From the NCBI RefSeq assembly GCF_028641065.1, contig NC_073395.1:34038001-34102000 (forward strand): DNA of 64,000 nucleotides, in the 5' to 3' direction. Origin of the DNA: Leucoraja erinacea. Its lineage: Eukaryota. The notes below the pieces were generated by a model. The model was not told the DNA's origin and did not search any database. It was given only the letters and a program-made list of their open reading frames with translations. Position numbers and translations under genes: made by a program. Shown in pieces: positions 34,331-46,814 of the stretch (position 1 is its first letter; each line of letters opens with the position of its first letter).

Positions 34331-34786
34331 ACCAAATTATTTGTAAGTGGTTACCTTGTTGATAATTGTTGCAATTGTTTATCCGTAGTACTACGCAATG
34401 GACACTCTTCTGTAAATATCACAGATACAAAATTGTCCCTGATATTGAAATTGCTGAATTGATTAAAATTTAAACATTATTCCAGTGCACAGACCTCATC
34501 AAAAATATACTGTAGATCCACATATGAGTATTATTTAATTACACAAATAAAGTTTGTCTGATGCTCGGACCTGTCCAAGGGAATGACAATAGGGACTTGC
34601 AATTATGATGGGTAAGAAGGGAAAAATCGTTAAAAAACTAATTTAAGTTTTTCATAATAGTTTTAAAGGTACAAAATAAGTTCTTAGTTCTCATGTCTTA
34701 TGCCTACTTGAACACTGATTAGAGCGATAAATAGAATGCATGTTTTGAAACCCACCAGTTAAAAGATAATTTTGTTGCAAAAACAG

Positions 34787-34967
34787 GTAATGTGGAGTTT
34801 CAGCTTTGCCAAATATTCCAAGGAAAAACCAAAAGTATTCGATTGGATGTTTTCTGAAGTTCAGGTTTTGATTGTTGATGAGGGAAGTTTGGTCTCGGTG
34901 AAGACTTTAAGTACTGTTTTAAAATCGCTTATGAAATATGCCAATCTCAAAAAGCTTATAATCCTTG
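34787..34967 (+). CDS. HELB: HELB exon 5 (Walker B)
   Basis: VQVLIVDEGSLVSV...KLIILG; phase 0-1, GTGAGT donor. Confidence 0.96.
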
Positions 34968-35094
34968 GTGAGTATCTGCTTGACTTGGGAATGAATTACT
35001 CACAAATTTGCATCCGAGGTTATGAAATTTGCTTCAGTTTTGCTTTGTAAGAACTATCGAAGAGAGAGAGACATAACATGAAATTAATGAGTAA

Positions 35095-35270
35095 AGGGAC
35101 TGTCCCACTTCGGCGTCATTTGCGCATAATTTAAGCGACATCATTTACGCGTCATGATGCATGTCGTGTGCGTGGTGACGTAGGCAGTGAAGCGCACACG
35201 CGCGACGCCCCAGGATTTTGGGATGTACAAAACCTTCACACGCAAATGGCACCCAAGTGGGACAGGCCGT
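35095..35270. mobile_element. Harbinger/PIF-like MITE
   Basis: AGGGACTGTCCCACTT...AAGTGGGACAGGCCGT with a TAA target-site duplication. Confidence 0.8.
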
Positions 35271-35589
35271 TAAGGCTGTTAAGCAGGATTACATTAAATT
35301 GTATGATTATGATTTTAATATTCAATGGCTATTGATTAGATTGATAATTAATTGCCTGTGATTTAATAAGAAATTATCAGAGTTTGGCCATGAACACTGC
35401 ATTGTTAAATATGACTTTAATGATGATTGAGGTTAAATCTATGTTACGTTTGTATTGAATGCAAGTAATATAGACACACAGTTGAGAACTCATCTTAATA
35501 TCTCCCCCCTTGTCCCGTCCCTTCAGACCTATGTCCGCAAGTCCTTCAAGACTTCAATAACTTTCAATTGCTAGGCCCCCATTGACTCA

Positions 35590-37265
35590 TCGCTACCTTG
35601 GACGTCCAGTGTCTTTACACCTCATTATCCCACCAAGAAGGTGTGAAGGCAGGTTCTTCTTTGAACAGAGATCCGATCTGATCAGTTCTCGTCTACTAAC
35701 ACTCTCCTCCATCTGGTGAAACTTGTCTCACCCTCAACATCTCTTTTTTGTCTTTTCTCACTTTCTTCAAGTTAAAGGTGTAGCTATGGGCACTCACATG
35801 GGACCTAGGTATCCCTGCCTTTGTGTTGGTCATGTCGAACAGTCCGTGATACAAACGTACACTGGTACCATCCCCCAACTCTTTCACCACTACATCTGCA
35901 TAGCGCTGCTTCCTGCACCTGTGCAGAACTTGCTGATTTCATAAACTTTACCACTAACTTCCACACAGTCCTGACATTCACTCTCTCCCCTTTCTTGCTC
36001 TCACTGTCTCCAGCACACGGGACAGACTATCGACTGATGTCTACCATAAACCCATTGACTCCCCCAGTTATCTGTATTACAACTCCTCCCACCCTGCCTC
36101 CTGCCATGATGCCATCCCCTACTCTTAATGTCTCTGTTTCTACTGTATCTGCTCCCAATGTGAAGCTTTCAAGTCTGGAACTTCTAGGATGCCTCGCCCA
36201 CGTCTCCTCTGTGTCTGGTACTTCTGTTCTCACCCCCTCTCCTTTAGTGGAATAAGAATAGAGTCCCCCCCCACCCTCAGCATCCAACGTATTATTCTCC
36301 GCCACTTCCACCACCTTCAATGTGATCCCACCACCAGTAGTATCTTATCATCCACATCCCTATCTGCTTCCCTCCGCAACCTCTGAAGAAAAGTCTCGAC
36401 CCAAGACCTATTTGGTCAGGTATTCATTTTCTCCAGAGATGCTGTCTGACCCACTGAGTTACTCCATCTTATTGTGTCTATCTTCGGTTTATAGCAGCAT
36501 TCGCAGTTCCTTCCCATACTCTTGGTTCACTCATCCATCCCTTCCACCCTCTCCCAGGTACTTTCACCTGAACCGGAGATGTAGCACCTGTTCCTATACC
36601 GTCTCTTGCCCATCCATCTCGAGACTCCAGTAATCCTCCCAGGTGAGGCAGAGATTCACTTGCACCCCCTGTAACCTCATCTATACATTCAGTGCTCTCG
36701 ATGTGGCCACCTTTACTTCGGAGAGACCAAGCAAAGTCTAGTCTAACATTTCACCAAATACTTGCGCTCAGTCCGCTAAGGCCTGTTGGATCTCCTGGTT
36801 ATTAACTATTTTCCCATTCCCATTCTCATACTGACTTTTCTGTCCCTGGTCTCCTCCATCGCCAGAGAGAGGCCACATCTGTAGAACATCACCTCATGCT
36901 CTGCTTGGGTAGTTTTCAATCTAATGGCATGAATATTGAATTATTCAGTTTTTGGTAACTTACCTACAAACACTGCCCACCGCCTCCGTCATCTCATTTT
37001 GCCCTGTCTGTTTCCTGTGCCCCATCTGTACACGCATTTCTTCCATTTCCCTTCCCACTTCTTCTCCCCTTGTCTATTATCTCACAATTTTGTCTTTTCA
37101 TCTCTGGCCTTTCTCCAACCATCTGCCAATCGACACGCCCCCTTACATCAACCTTTCATGCCAGAGTATGTTCCACCCCACCTCTTCCTGCTTTCGCCTC
37201 CCCAGTACAATCAGTCTGAAAAAGAGTCCCTACTAAAAGCGTCACCGATCCACGTTCTCCAGAAG
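35590..37265 (+). mobile_element. Old Penelope-like element (RT C-terminus and GIY-YIG remnant)
   Basis: QVKGVAMGTHMGP RT motif, colinear similarity to 7255-8222, and a nested short repeat at ~36382-36515. Confidence 0.8.
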
Positions 37266-37357
37266 GTACACAAAAAAGTTGGAGAAGCTCAGCGGGTGCA
37301 GCAGCATCGATGGAGCGAAGGAAATAGGCAACGTTTCCGGCCTAAACCCTTCTTCAG
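37265..37357 (-). mobile_element. Penelope-derived short repeat with hammerhead-like core
   Basis: CUGAAGA-AGGGUUUAGGCCG-GAAA-CGUU on the minus strand; sister copy at 39590-39712. Confidence 0.65.
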
Positions 37358-37564
37358 ATTCCATGTTCTCTAGAGTTGCTTGCTGATTTACACCTGTGCT
37401 TTGTGTCTGCCTCTGATCTCATTACTGGTAGCTTTGTCTGTATCAGAGGAAATAAATTATGAAACGAAATAATAAGAGGTTCCTGTTAAATTGCCTCACA
37501 GTTGCATGTCCAATCCCATCCTACATATATTTCCACGGTATTTTACATTTTATATTTCTTCTAG

Positions 37565-37706
37565 GTGATATTAGACAGTTGCCCAGTATAGAGCCCGGCA
37601 ACATGTTTAAGGACATATACTTTAGTTTATACAACATTGGATGGGCCATTGACCTATCGATTAATCACCGTGCAGAGAGTCAACTGATAGTAGAAAATGC
37701 TGCCAG
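37565..37706 (+). CDS. HELB: HELB exon 6 (motifs III and IV)
   Basis: [13 protein letters not shown]...[13 protein letters not shown]; phase 1-2. Confidence 0.97.
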
Positions 37707-38368
37707 GTATATTTTATTTCTTATTCTCATGTATCATATCCACTTCCATTTGTTTAACTTAAGAAGTTTTATCTTAATTTTACATATATAAAAAATCATC
37801 AGATATTCTTCATTACTGTTTGATGGAGTTAGACAGGCTCACAAATAGAATTAGATTTCATTTTACAAAAATGTATTTTTGCCACTTGCAGCAATAGATT
37901 TCCTTTTCATTAGAAACGTTTCTCATTTATTTGCTTTACTTTTGGTGCTGTATTGGCAGCTTCTTTGGGTTTCTTTTGCATTGTTGGTCATTTTTTTAAT
38001 AGCTGATTAGTGCAATATGTTTTGCAAAGAATTGAAAAGGATGAACTACTGGCCCATGTTCCAGCGATAATGAAACTAATGCAAGTACTTGTGTATTTCA
38101 AAATGAGGGTCCTGTTATCACACTGACAAGATATTCTTTAAGCAGTTTTCCTATGTGATTGCATCTGCCCTGTTCGCACAATGAATCGAGCAAGTCTGGG
38201 TGAAACACTCAGTTGCTACTTTTGAATCATTTATTAAAGAGAAGTTGAAAAAACAATGGGGGTTGAGGATGTTGAGAGGAAGTTTGTTTTTGAAATAATG
38301 TGCAAAAGATTTGTCTTGATGTCTGAATTTTCTTGCAAAAACTGAAATCGTTATATCCTTATTTCTAG

Positions 38369-38508
38369 GATTGCTGAGATAGGACTTAAGTCAACTTATA
38401 AAAAGTTGGAATATGATGCAGTGTTGCCTATATCGAGCGGGATAGGAATCTCAATCCCAGCATCTGATAAAAAATTCATTCTGGTTTTGATCGATTCTGG
38501 CCAATCTC
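38369..38508 (+). CDS. HELB: HELB exon 7
   Basis: Open frame IAEIG..EYDAVLPI..SDKKFILV; AG/GTGAG, phase 2-1, fits both neighbours. Confidence 0.82.
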
Positions 38509-39353
38509 GTGAGCATGGACTTTGTTCATTTACATTTATTATTTTCAGTTTATTCAGAAAATGAATATTTTATGTCAAATATTTGTTGATAATATTGAAC
38601 TTGTAATGGCTTTGTCAGAACCTTGACGTTGGCTTCCGCTGGTGTATTGCTGTGAGAAATCGGCAGTTGTCCTAGAATTATATCTTGGCATGATCGATTG
38701 ATTCTATGTTCCCTCGTTGCAATTATACCCTGCCACTAATCGTGTTTTACCCATCCCCCCAAAAAAAACTTAATTGCACATGCATAATTGTGCATGTAAA
38801 TATATCGTTTTCACATTCACATTCAGAAACAGGCAGTTAAAAACTAAAACTATACATATCAGACATGATAATAATACTGACTTAAGCTTCATGGCACCTA
38901 CAGAAGTATTAATAAAAATAACATCCAATAGTTTGGAAAGTCTGCTAGACCAGCACCACCAAAGCCCCAATTGGATTAATACAGTTGAATATTGTTTACA
39001 AGTGGTTGGGTGATTACAACTGTGAAGGCAAGGCTCTCAACCCGAAATGTCGTCCATTCCTTGTCTCCACAGATGCTGCCTGTCCCACTGAGTTACTCCA
39101 GCATTTTGCATCTACGCTCTAAAACTTGAAATGTGTTTGGAATTAGGCATAATTGTACGTTCAAAGGCAGGCTTTGGTTCAATAATGTAATGAGAAGAAT
39201 GTAGGATGCCATTCAGCCAAATTAAAAGCATTTGCTTGCTTCTCTTCGACCAGAAATAAATTGAAAATATACAACAATTTTTTCAATGCATTATATCTGG
39301 ATCTGGCTATGTTGTATTGGTGTGTGATAACAGCCTATTTCTTCTTTCTTTAG

Positions 39354-39453
39354 TAGTTCTTCAAGATTCTATCAATGTTTTGTTAGGACTTGACAATGTG
39401 ATTGCCCCAGGACTTGAGAATCATGTGACATCGCAGTTCATTGCATTTAGACG
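39354..39453 (+). CDS. HELB: HELB exon 8
   Basis: APGLENHVTSQFIAFRR; TAGTAG acceptor, phase 1-2. Confidence 0.9.
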
Positions 39454-39734
39454 GTAACTATATTTTTGGAAAGTTTGGGATTGAAATGCTTTATGTTTTC
39501 CCTTAAAGATGCCACTACAAAAACAAAGAAAGAGATGTTAAAAAAGTGAAATGCTGAATACGTACCAAGTAGAACTAAATAGTATTTAAGAAGGAACTGC
39601 AGATGCTGGAAAATCGAAGGTACACAAAAAAGCTGGAGAAACTTAGCAGGTGCAGCAGCATCTATGGAGCGAAGGAAATAGGCAATGTTTCAGGCCAAAA
39701 CCCTTCTTCAGATCTAACTAAATAGTATGTAGCC

Positions 39735-41770
39735 CGAACCATATAACCATATAACAATTACAGCACGGAAACAGGCCATCTCGACCCTTCTAGTCCGTGC
39801 CGAACACATAATCTCCCCTAGTCCCATATACCTGCGCTCAGACCATAACCCTCCATTCCCTTCCCATCCATATAACTATCCAATTTATTTTTAAATGATA
39901 AAAAACGAACCTGCCTCCACCACCTTCACTGGAAGCTCATTCCACACAGCTACCACTCTCTGAGTAAAGAAGTTCCCCCTCATGTTACCCCTAAACTTAG
40001 TCCCTTAATTCTCATGTCATGTCCCCTTGTTTGAATCTTCCCTACTCTCAGTGGGAAAAGCTTTTCCACGTCAACTCTGTCTATCCCTCTCATCAATTTA
40101 AAAAACCTCTATCAAGTCCCCCCTTAACCTTCTGCGCTCCAAAGAATAAAGCCCTAACTTGTTCAACCTTTCTCTGTAACTTAGTTGCTGAAACCCAGGC
40201 AACATTCTAGTAAATCTCCTCTGTACTCTCTCTATTTTGTTGACATCCTTCCTATAATTAGGCGACCAAAATTGTACACCATACTCCAGAATTGGCCTCA
40301 CCAATGCCTTGTACAATTTTAACATTACATCCCAACTTCTATACTCAATGCTCTGATTTATAAAGGCCAGCACACCAAAAGCTTTCTTTACCACCCTATC
40401 TACATGAGATTTCCACTTTCAGGGACTGTGCACAGTTATTCCCAGATCCCTCTGTTTACCTACATTCTTCAATTCCCTACCATTTACCATGTACGTCCTA
40501 TTTTGATTTGTCCTGCCAAGATGTAGCACCTCACACTTATCAGCATTAAACTCCATCTGCCATCTTTCAGCCCACTCTTCCAACTGGCATAAATCTCTCT
40601 GTAGACTTTGAAACTCTACTTCATTACCCGCAACCCCACCTATCTTAGTATCATCTGCATACTTACTAATCCAATTTACCACACCATCATCCAGATCATT
40701 GATGTACATGACAAACAACAGTGGACCCAACACAGATCCCTGTGGCACCCCACTCGTCACTGGCCTCCAACCTGACAAACAACCATCCACCATTACTCTC
40801 TGGCATCTCCCATTCAGCCACTGTTGAATCCATCTTGCTACTCCACCATTAATACCCAACCATTGCACCTTCTTAACCAACCTTCCATGAGGAACCTTGT
40901 CAAAGGCCTTACTGAAGTCCATATACACAACATCCACTGCTTTACCCTCATCAATTTCCCGAGTAACATCTTCAAAAAATTCAAGAAGATTAGTTAAACA
41001 TGACCTTCCAGGCACAAATCCATGTTGACTGTTCCTAATGAGATGTTTATATATATATTATCTCTAAGTATTCTTTCCATTAATTTTCCCACCACTGACA
41101 TCAAACTAACAGGTCTATAATTGCTAGGTTTACTCTTAGACCCCTTTTTAAACAATGGAACAACATGCGCAGTACGCCAATCCTCCGGCACTATTCCCGT
41201 TTCTAATGACATTTGAAATATTTCTGCCATAGCCCCTGCTATTTCTACACTAACTTCCCTCAATGTCCTAGGGAATATCCTGTCCGGACCTGGAGACTTA
41301 TCCACTTTTATATTTCTCAAAAGTGTCAGTACTTCCTCTTCTTTGATCCTCATAGTTCCCATAGCTACTCTACTTGTTTCCCTTACCTCACATAATTCAA
41401 TATCCTTCTCCTTGGTGAATACCGAAGAAAAGAAACTGTTCAATATCTCCCCCATCTCTTTTGGCTCTGCAGATAGTTGTCCACTCTGACTCTCTAATGG
41501 ACCAATTTTATCCCTCGTTATCCTTTTGCTATTAATATAGCGGTAGAAACCCTTCGGATTTACTTTTACCTTACTTGCCAAAGCAACCTCATATCTTCTT
41601 TTAGCTTTTCTAATTTCTTTCTTAAGATTCTTTTTACATTTTTTATACTCCTCAAGCACCTCATTTACTCCATGCTGCCTATAATTATTGTAGATCTCCC
41701 TCTTTTTCCGAACCAAGTGTCCAATTTCCCTTGAAAACCAGGGCTCTTTATAATTTTTACGATTTCCTTT
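39735..41770 (-). mobile_element. CR1 LINE, second subfamily, little decayed
   Basis: DFSKAFDKVPH, SGVPQGSVLGP, KYADDT; (ATATGGTT)n tail. Another 3' piece is at 52282-52578. Confidence 0.94.
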
Positions 41771-42458
41771 CACCCAAAGTTTAAAGTTTTCTAGTCATAC
41801 TGCCTAGAAACAGGCCTGTTGGCCCAACATGTCCACGCCGACCCAACATGGCCCATCTAGATTAGTCTCATCTGCCTGCATTTGGCCCATATCCGTCTAA
41901 ACCTGCCCTGTCCATGTACCTGTCTAAATGTTTCTTAAATATTGTGATAATACTTGCCTCGACCACCTCCTCTGGCAGCTCGTTCCATACGCCCACCATC
42001 CTTTGTGTAACAAAATTCTGTTGAGATATATCGTAAAGTACTTGATGAATAGAATTTAATCTCTTATTGGGGTAAGTGAAAAGAGGGGGAAAGAAGCATT
42101 TTTATTGTTTATCTATTTGGAAGGAAGATTGTTTATGAGAGCATTTTTAACAAAATAACACGTATGCATTTCATGATTAATCTCTCTTTAAAAATCACTC
42201 TTTATGACTTCAGCATCAATTGTCTATCTTTTTTTAACCTGTATAATGTAATGAACGCTATACAATTTGCACTACTGTGTTGTTTGGGAAATGGCGTGCC
42301 TGAGCATCTCTGATTTCATTGCATTCACGTGAGGTCATAGCAGCTGAGATGTGATATCTTCTCTATGTGTCTTATCACAGATCTAGTATGTACGTACGTT
42401 TAATATTTCCACACTTGGATGCACAAATGCTCATTTCAACTTTTGACTTTTTATATAG

Positions 42459-42518
42459 GAAAGATTGTGAATTAATTAATGAACTCTGCTGCAAGAAATA
42501 TTCGGGTCATCCTACTAA
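42459..42518 (+). CDS. HELB: HELB exon 9
   Basis: KDCELINELCCKKYSGH; 60 bp, phase 2-2, GTAAGT donor. Confidence 0.93.
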
Positions 42519-42765
42519 GTAAGTGCTGTATTAGGTGTATAACAGTTTGATGTGGTTTCTACTTTATTGTGCCTGACGTGCTCAGCTTTTGCAGTCTGTA
42601 TGGTTTGGGTGTTGTCTAAATTTCAGTGAATATTAAAATTACTGCATTTTGACAAGACACGAGTAACACACAATTGCCAAAAGCTATAACAAGACCTATG
42701 AATGGCTTATGTTGTACTAGCAATTGCTGACATTGTTTGGTTGGATATATAGTAACAGCAGCCCA

Positions 42766-44293
42766 TCTATACATAACTAAAGCTCTGAGCTTGTTATCTT
42801 CCGGTTCGCGGTCATTATATTTGCGCAAAAATGGTACGCGATAGCGCTATGATTTTTAGCCAGCTTACTCGCTGTTCTCCTGTGCTGCAATTGCACCAAG
42901 TTTCATTTCGATCAGTGGTCTAATGTAACAGTTAGTGAGGTTTAAAGAATCTTAAAAATCGCGCGTGTGCAGATCGATCTCTTCTCCTGCCATTCAGCGC
43001 TGCGTGGATCGGTTTTTCTCATGTCACTCCGCGGGACGGTCCGCCCCTTCCTGCGCCATCGTGTCTTTACTGGAGCTGAAGATGGCCGGCGGAGGTTTCC
43101 AACCAGACACAATTTTTGGAGGGACCGGAAAACGGCCCAGCCCAGCGCGGAGTCGGAGATGTCGCCAAATGGAAAGCAGAGACTGATACTGGCATATGAG
43201 AACAACCATCGACCAGCAACTGCTGTAAGTTCCCATCGCACCGTTAACTCCAGCCCCTTCCCCTCTGGTTCCCCTCGCTGGCTCCTGCCCCCCCCTCCCC
43301 CGTGATACCCTCCTCTTCCCCACAACCCCATCTTTTCTTCGAGCTCTCACAACCCCCTTGCCCACACACCCCCTCCCCCCCGCCCACACTTTCCTCTGCC
43401 CAAACACCCTCCTCCCACTCACACCTCCCACTGGCACCCGAAGCCATCCCGCTCCCCCGGATGTAGGAAGCTTCTTTCCCCCCCCCCCCCCCCCCCCCCC
43501 CAACCCCGGCCTCCGACAGCCCCCTCCTAAAGCCGTCTCCCTTCCCCCCGCTGCAAGACGCTCCCCCCCCACCGGCCTCCGCCTGAAGCTGTCCCGTCCC
43601 CAGCTGCAGGATGCTCCCCACCAGTCTCCGCCTGAAGCCGGTTGGGAGTGGCAGCAGCAGGCCATGGCAACAATGTAGGTCGCGGTAGACCAAGGCAGCG
43701 ATAGGCCATGGCAGCACACCCCAACCTGTCCCCACCGGCCCCGTTTGAAGCCGTCCCCCTCCCCCGGCTGCAGAACGCAACAAGAGACGCAGCAAGAAAG
43801 AATGGACTGAATAAATCTCATCTTAAACTTTTAAATTGTTATATCTTAAGAATTATTCACATACTAAGCTTTTATGACCCCTTTTCCACTTGCCGTGCCC
43901 ATAGGCTGCACCTGCGCAGTAATACCTGCGTGTTCTGCGTCACGATGGGAACCCAAGGGGTAGGAATGGCTGCGCAAGCAGAGGGCCGCTAAGAGTGGAT
44001 GTGGGGGATTTGGGGGGGGATGGAGTGAGTGCTTGGGGGTTGGGGGGAAGGGAAAGAGGCGGAGTTGGGTGGGGGTGAGGGGAGGAGGGGGGGATACGGT
44101 GATGTCACAACGGGAACCCGTCAGCCGCGCCTGCGCAGTTAGGGGCTATGGGTGAGTGGTGAAATATTGCATTGGGGGATCGGGTTGCGTTGGGGGAACG
44201 GGTGAGTGGTGGAATATTACGTTGGGGAATGGGTTGCGTTAAGGGACCAGGCCTCCCATGTGACTTTGACCCAATGGGCCGTACTTAGTCCAG
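42766..44293 (+). mobile_element. Non-autonomous Helitron-like element
   Basis: A|TCTATA 5' end, degenerate subterminal hairpin then CCAG|T (a CTAG variant), no TSD, CpG-rich interior, short tandem repeats near 44150-44240. Confidence 0.6.
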
Positions 44294-46100
44294 TTCATCA
44301 TTTAAACTAGCTCTTCTACTTATTGAGAGCATACAAACCTGGATGCATCTTCGGAGCATAAGTAAACTACTCGACCAACTGAGCCTGCTCCTCAATAAAT
44401 TATTGACTGATCTGACGATGAACTCCACTTTGTATTCCCATGTATCTGGGCAAAATTTCCACCCCTTTAATTTTCAATAATTTGTCTTCCTTGCCTTAAA
44501 ACTTTTCAAAGAATCTGCTTCTGCAGGAAGCGAGTGTCAGAGACTCAATACTCAGAGAGACTCAGAGAGAAATAAAATTCACCTTGTTATCTTTTAGGGG
44601 TTTCTTACTGGTTCTACATTCTGCAGCAAAAGTGATAGTTGTCGTGTATAAAACAAGCCCTTCAACCCACCTTGACCAGGCTGACCATCATGCTTATCTA
44701 TGTTAATCCCACTTGTCTGCATTAATTTGAATTTCCTCTGTCTTGTTCATTCAAGTACCTGTCCAGGTGCAGCTCCTTTTCCCTGCAGTTCTTTCCTACA
44801 CATTTAATATCCCTTGTCAACCAAGGTTCCTTAACCTTGTTAGCCTTGCCCTTTGTTCCAACAGGAAGATGACCTGAACTCTTAAAATTTTACTTTTAAA
44901 AGCCTCCTATGTTCTGAATGTCTCTTTACCTGCAAATGCCCTCTCCAAGACAATTATTATGAGTCCCAATTTGATGCCATCAAAATGAGCCTCTCCATAT
45001 TTATGACTTTGACTTGAGGGCTGGTTTTATCTTTTTCCATCATCCACTTGAATCTGTTAAAACCATGGTAGAATTATAGAAGAAAGAACAAACACTCCCT
45101 TCACATCCACACTGTCAAGTCTCCATGGGATCTTCTGTATTTTAATCCTCCTATGTCTCTCTTTTAAACTTCAACAGACACAAGGCTAGTCTATCCAACC
45201 TTCCTCATAAGATAAAGTCCCATTCCAGGTGTTAGTCTAGCAAACGTCAGAAAATGCTGGACACACCCAAGTTAAGTAGCAACTATGGAAGACGAAGTAA
45301 AGATGACATTTCAGGTTCAATATCTTTCATTTAAGGCTCCCAAGATCTGCAGTTTTTATTTTATTTTTTTTCTATTAGTTGAGGCCAATTAACCTATAAA
45401 CCTGCATGTCTGCAGGATGTGGTAGGAAGCTGGAGCACCTGGAGGCTGTTGGAAAGAGTAAGAGTGGCAAAATGTCTCTTGCAGGGATTTCCCAGCAGTA
45501 CACCAGGGAATCTTTACCTCCTTAACTGGCGTTAGTCTGACCTGGTGTAGGATCAGCATCCACATTCCTTTCTCCAGACTGGAGATTAGGATATAAAAAG
45601 TGTTATTTTTACATAAATGTTTTAATTGTAGTTTGCATTACAATTTTTAAATTGTAGTTAGTGTTTAAGATATCTATAAACTATTTTTAAGATGTCAATA
45701 AATGACGGAAATATTAAAACACCTTTAAAATAGAGTGCAGCTTTGACAGGAGACAAAATTCAGTCTCTACATTTACCCTTTCTCATCAGGTGGCCAGTGC
45801 ATTGAAGGGGTGGAGGCTCCACGCTACATTGCCTTCAGGCACATTTGTTATTTGAGCATTTCTGTGTTTTGCTGTGTGCCTTCCAAAAGCTGAGGGACAA
45901 CTGAATTGATTATTTTGATGAGAAGTTCAGGCAGGCAAGGGGTGAGTCCAGCTGATCTTTAAATTAGTCTCTTTAAATTAGATGATAGGATATTATAGAC
46001 TTGTGAGCCTCATATCAGAGGTAGTGAGAGGCATATCACCTGAACATTTTAGAACTGAGATAAATTTGTAGATCTCGGAATTTAATGCGACATTTGCTTA

Positions 46101-46247
46101 AGGGCCTGTCCCACTTTCCCGAGAAAAATGTTCACGAGTTTAAAAAAATAAATAGCCCCGAGTTCCTACGGCTGGCATCTCCGAGTTTGAATCAAGGGGA
46201 AAACTCGGGAGAAATCGTCAGTAACTCGGGGAAGTGGGACAGGCCCT
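46101..46247. mobile_element. Harbinger/PIF-like MITE
   Basis: Perfect 16-bp TIR AGGGCCTGTCCCACTT and a TTA target-site duplication. Confidence 0.88.
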
Positions 46248-46814
46248 TTAGTCTTTTAGGATTTAAGATGAAGTACAAAAAGAAGCAATCAGTAAATTAT
46301 TAACGCTGCACTTTTGTAAGTTATGGGGGCCATTGGGAATACCCATGGTAGCTCTTGCTGTATGTAGTTGTTGAATTATTTTCTGACTGTGCTGAAGGCG
46401 CCGTCCTGTCAACATTATTAATACATTTTTTAATTTTAATAATTATTTATTAATAATTAAAAATGACATTGCAGACAGGGGGTCTTCACAGTGGGACATA
46501 TTAGGCATGGTTGGGGAAAGCTCTCCAGTCTTCGCCTGACTTTGAGAAGAAACACTTCAATATGTTAAAAATATTCTGAACACTGCACTACGTCTATTCT
46601 CAGAATAGAACATTTTGAAACTTGGTTCTACAAAATCTGATATTATTTGCAAGTTATGTTGCAACTGATAGGACACTTTTTTAAATATTGAGATATGGGT
46701 AGAGGTTCCCCAAATTTCCAAATGAGGGACACTGAAAATCGATTTCTTATTCACACAAGCATCCCATGCAAGGTTATGTGTAAGGCTAAAGGTGGCTAAT
46801 GGTTAAAGAATTAA

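Noticed and set aside
42942-43992. Long overlapping ORFs up to 265 aa
   Set aside because: Low-complexity Gly/Pro-rich frames within a GC-rich repeat; no domain seen.
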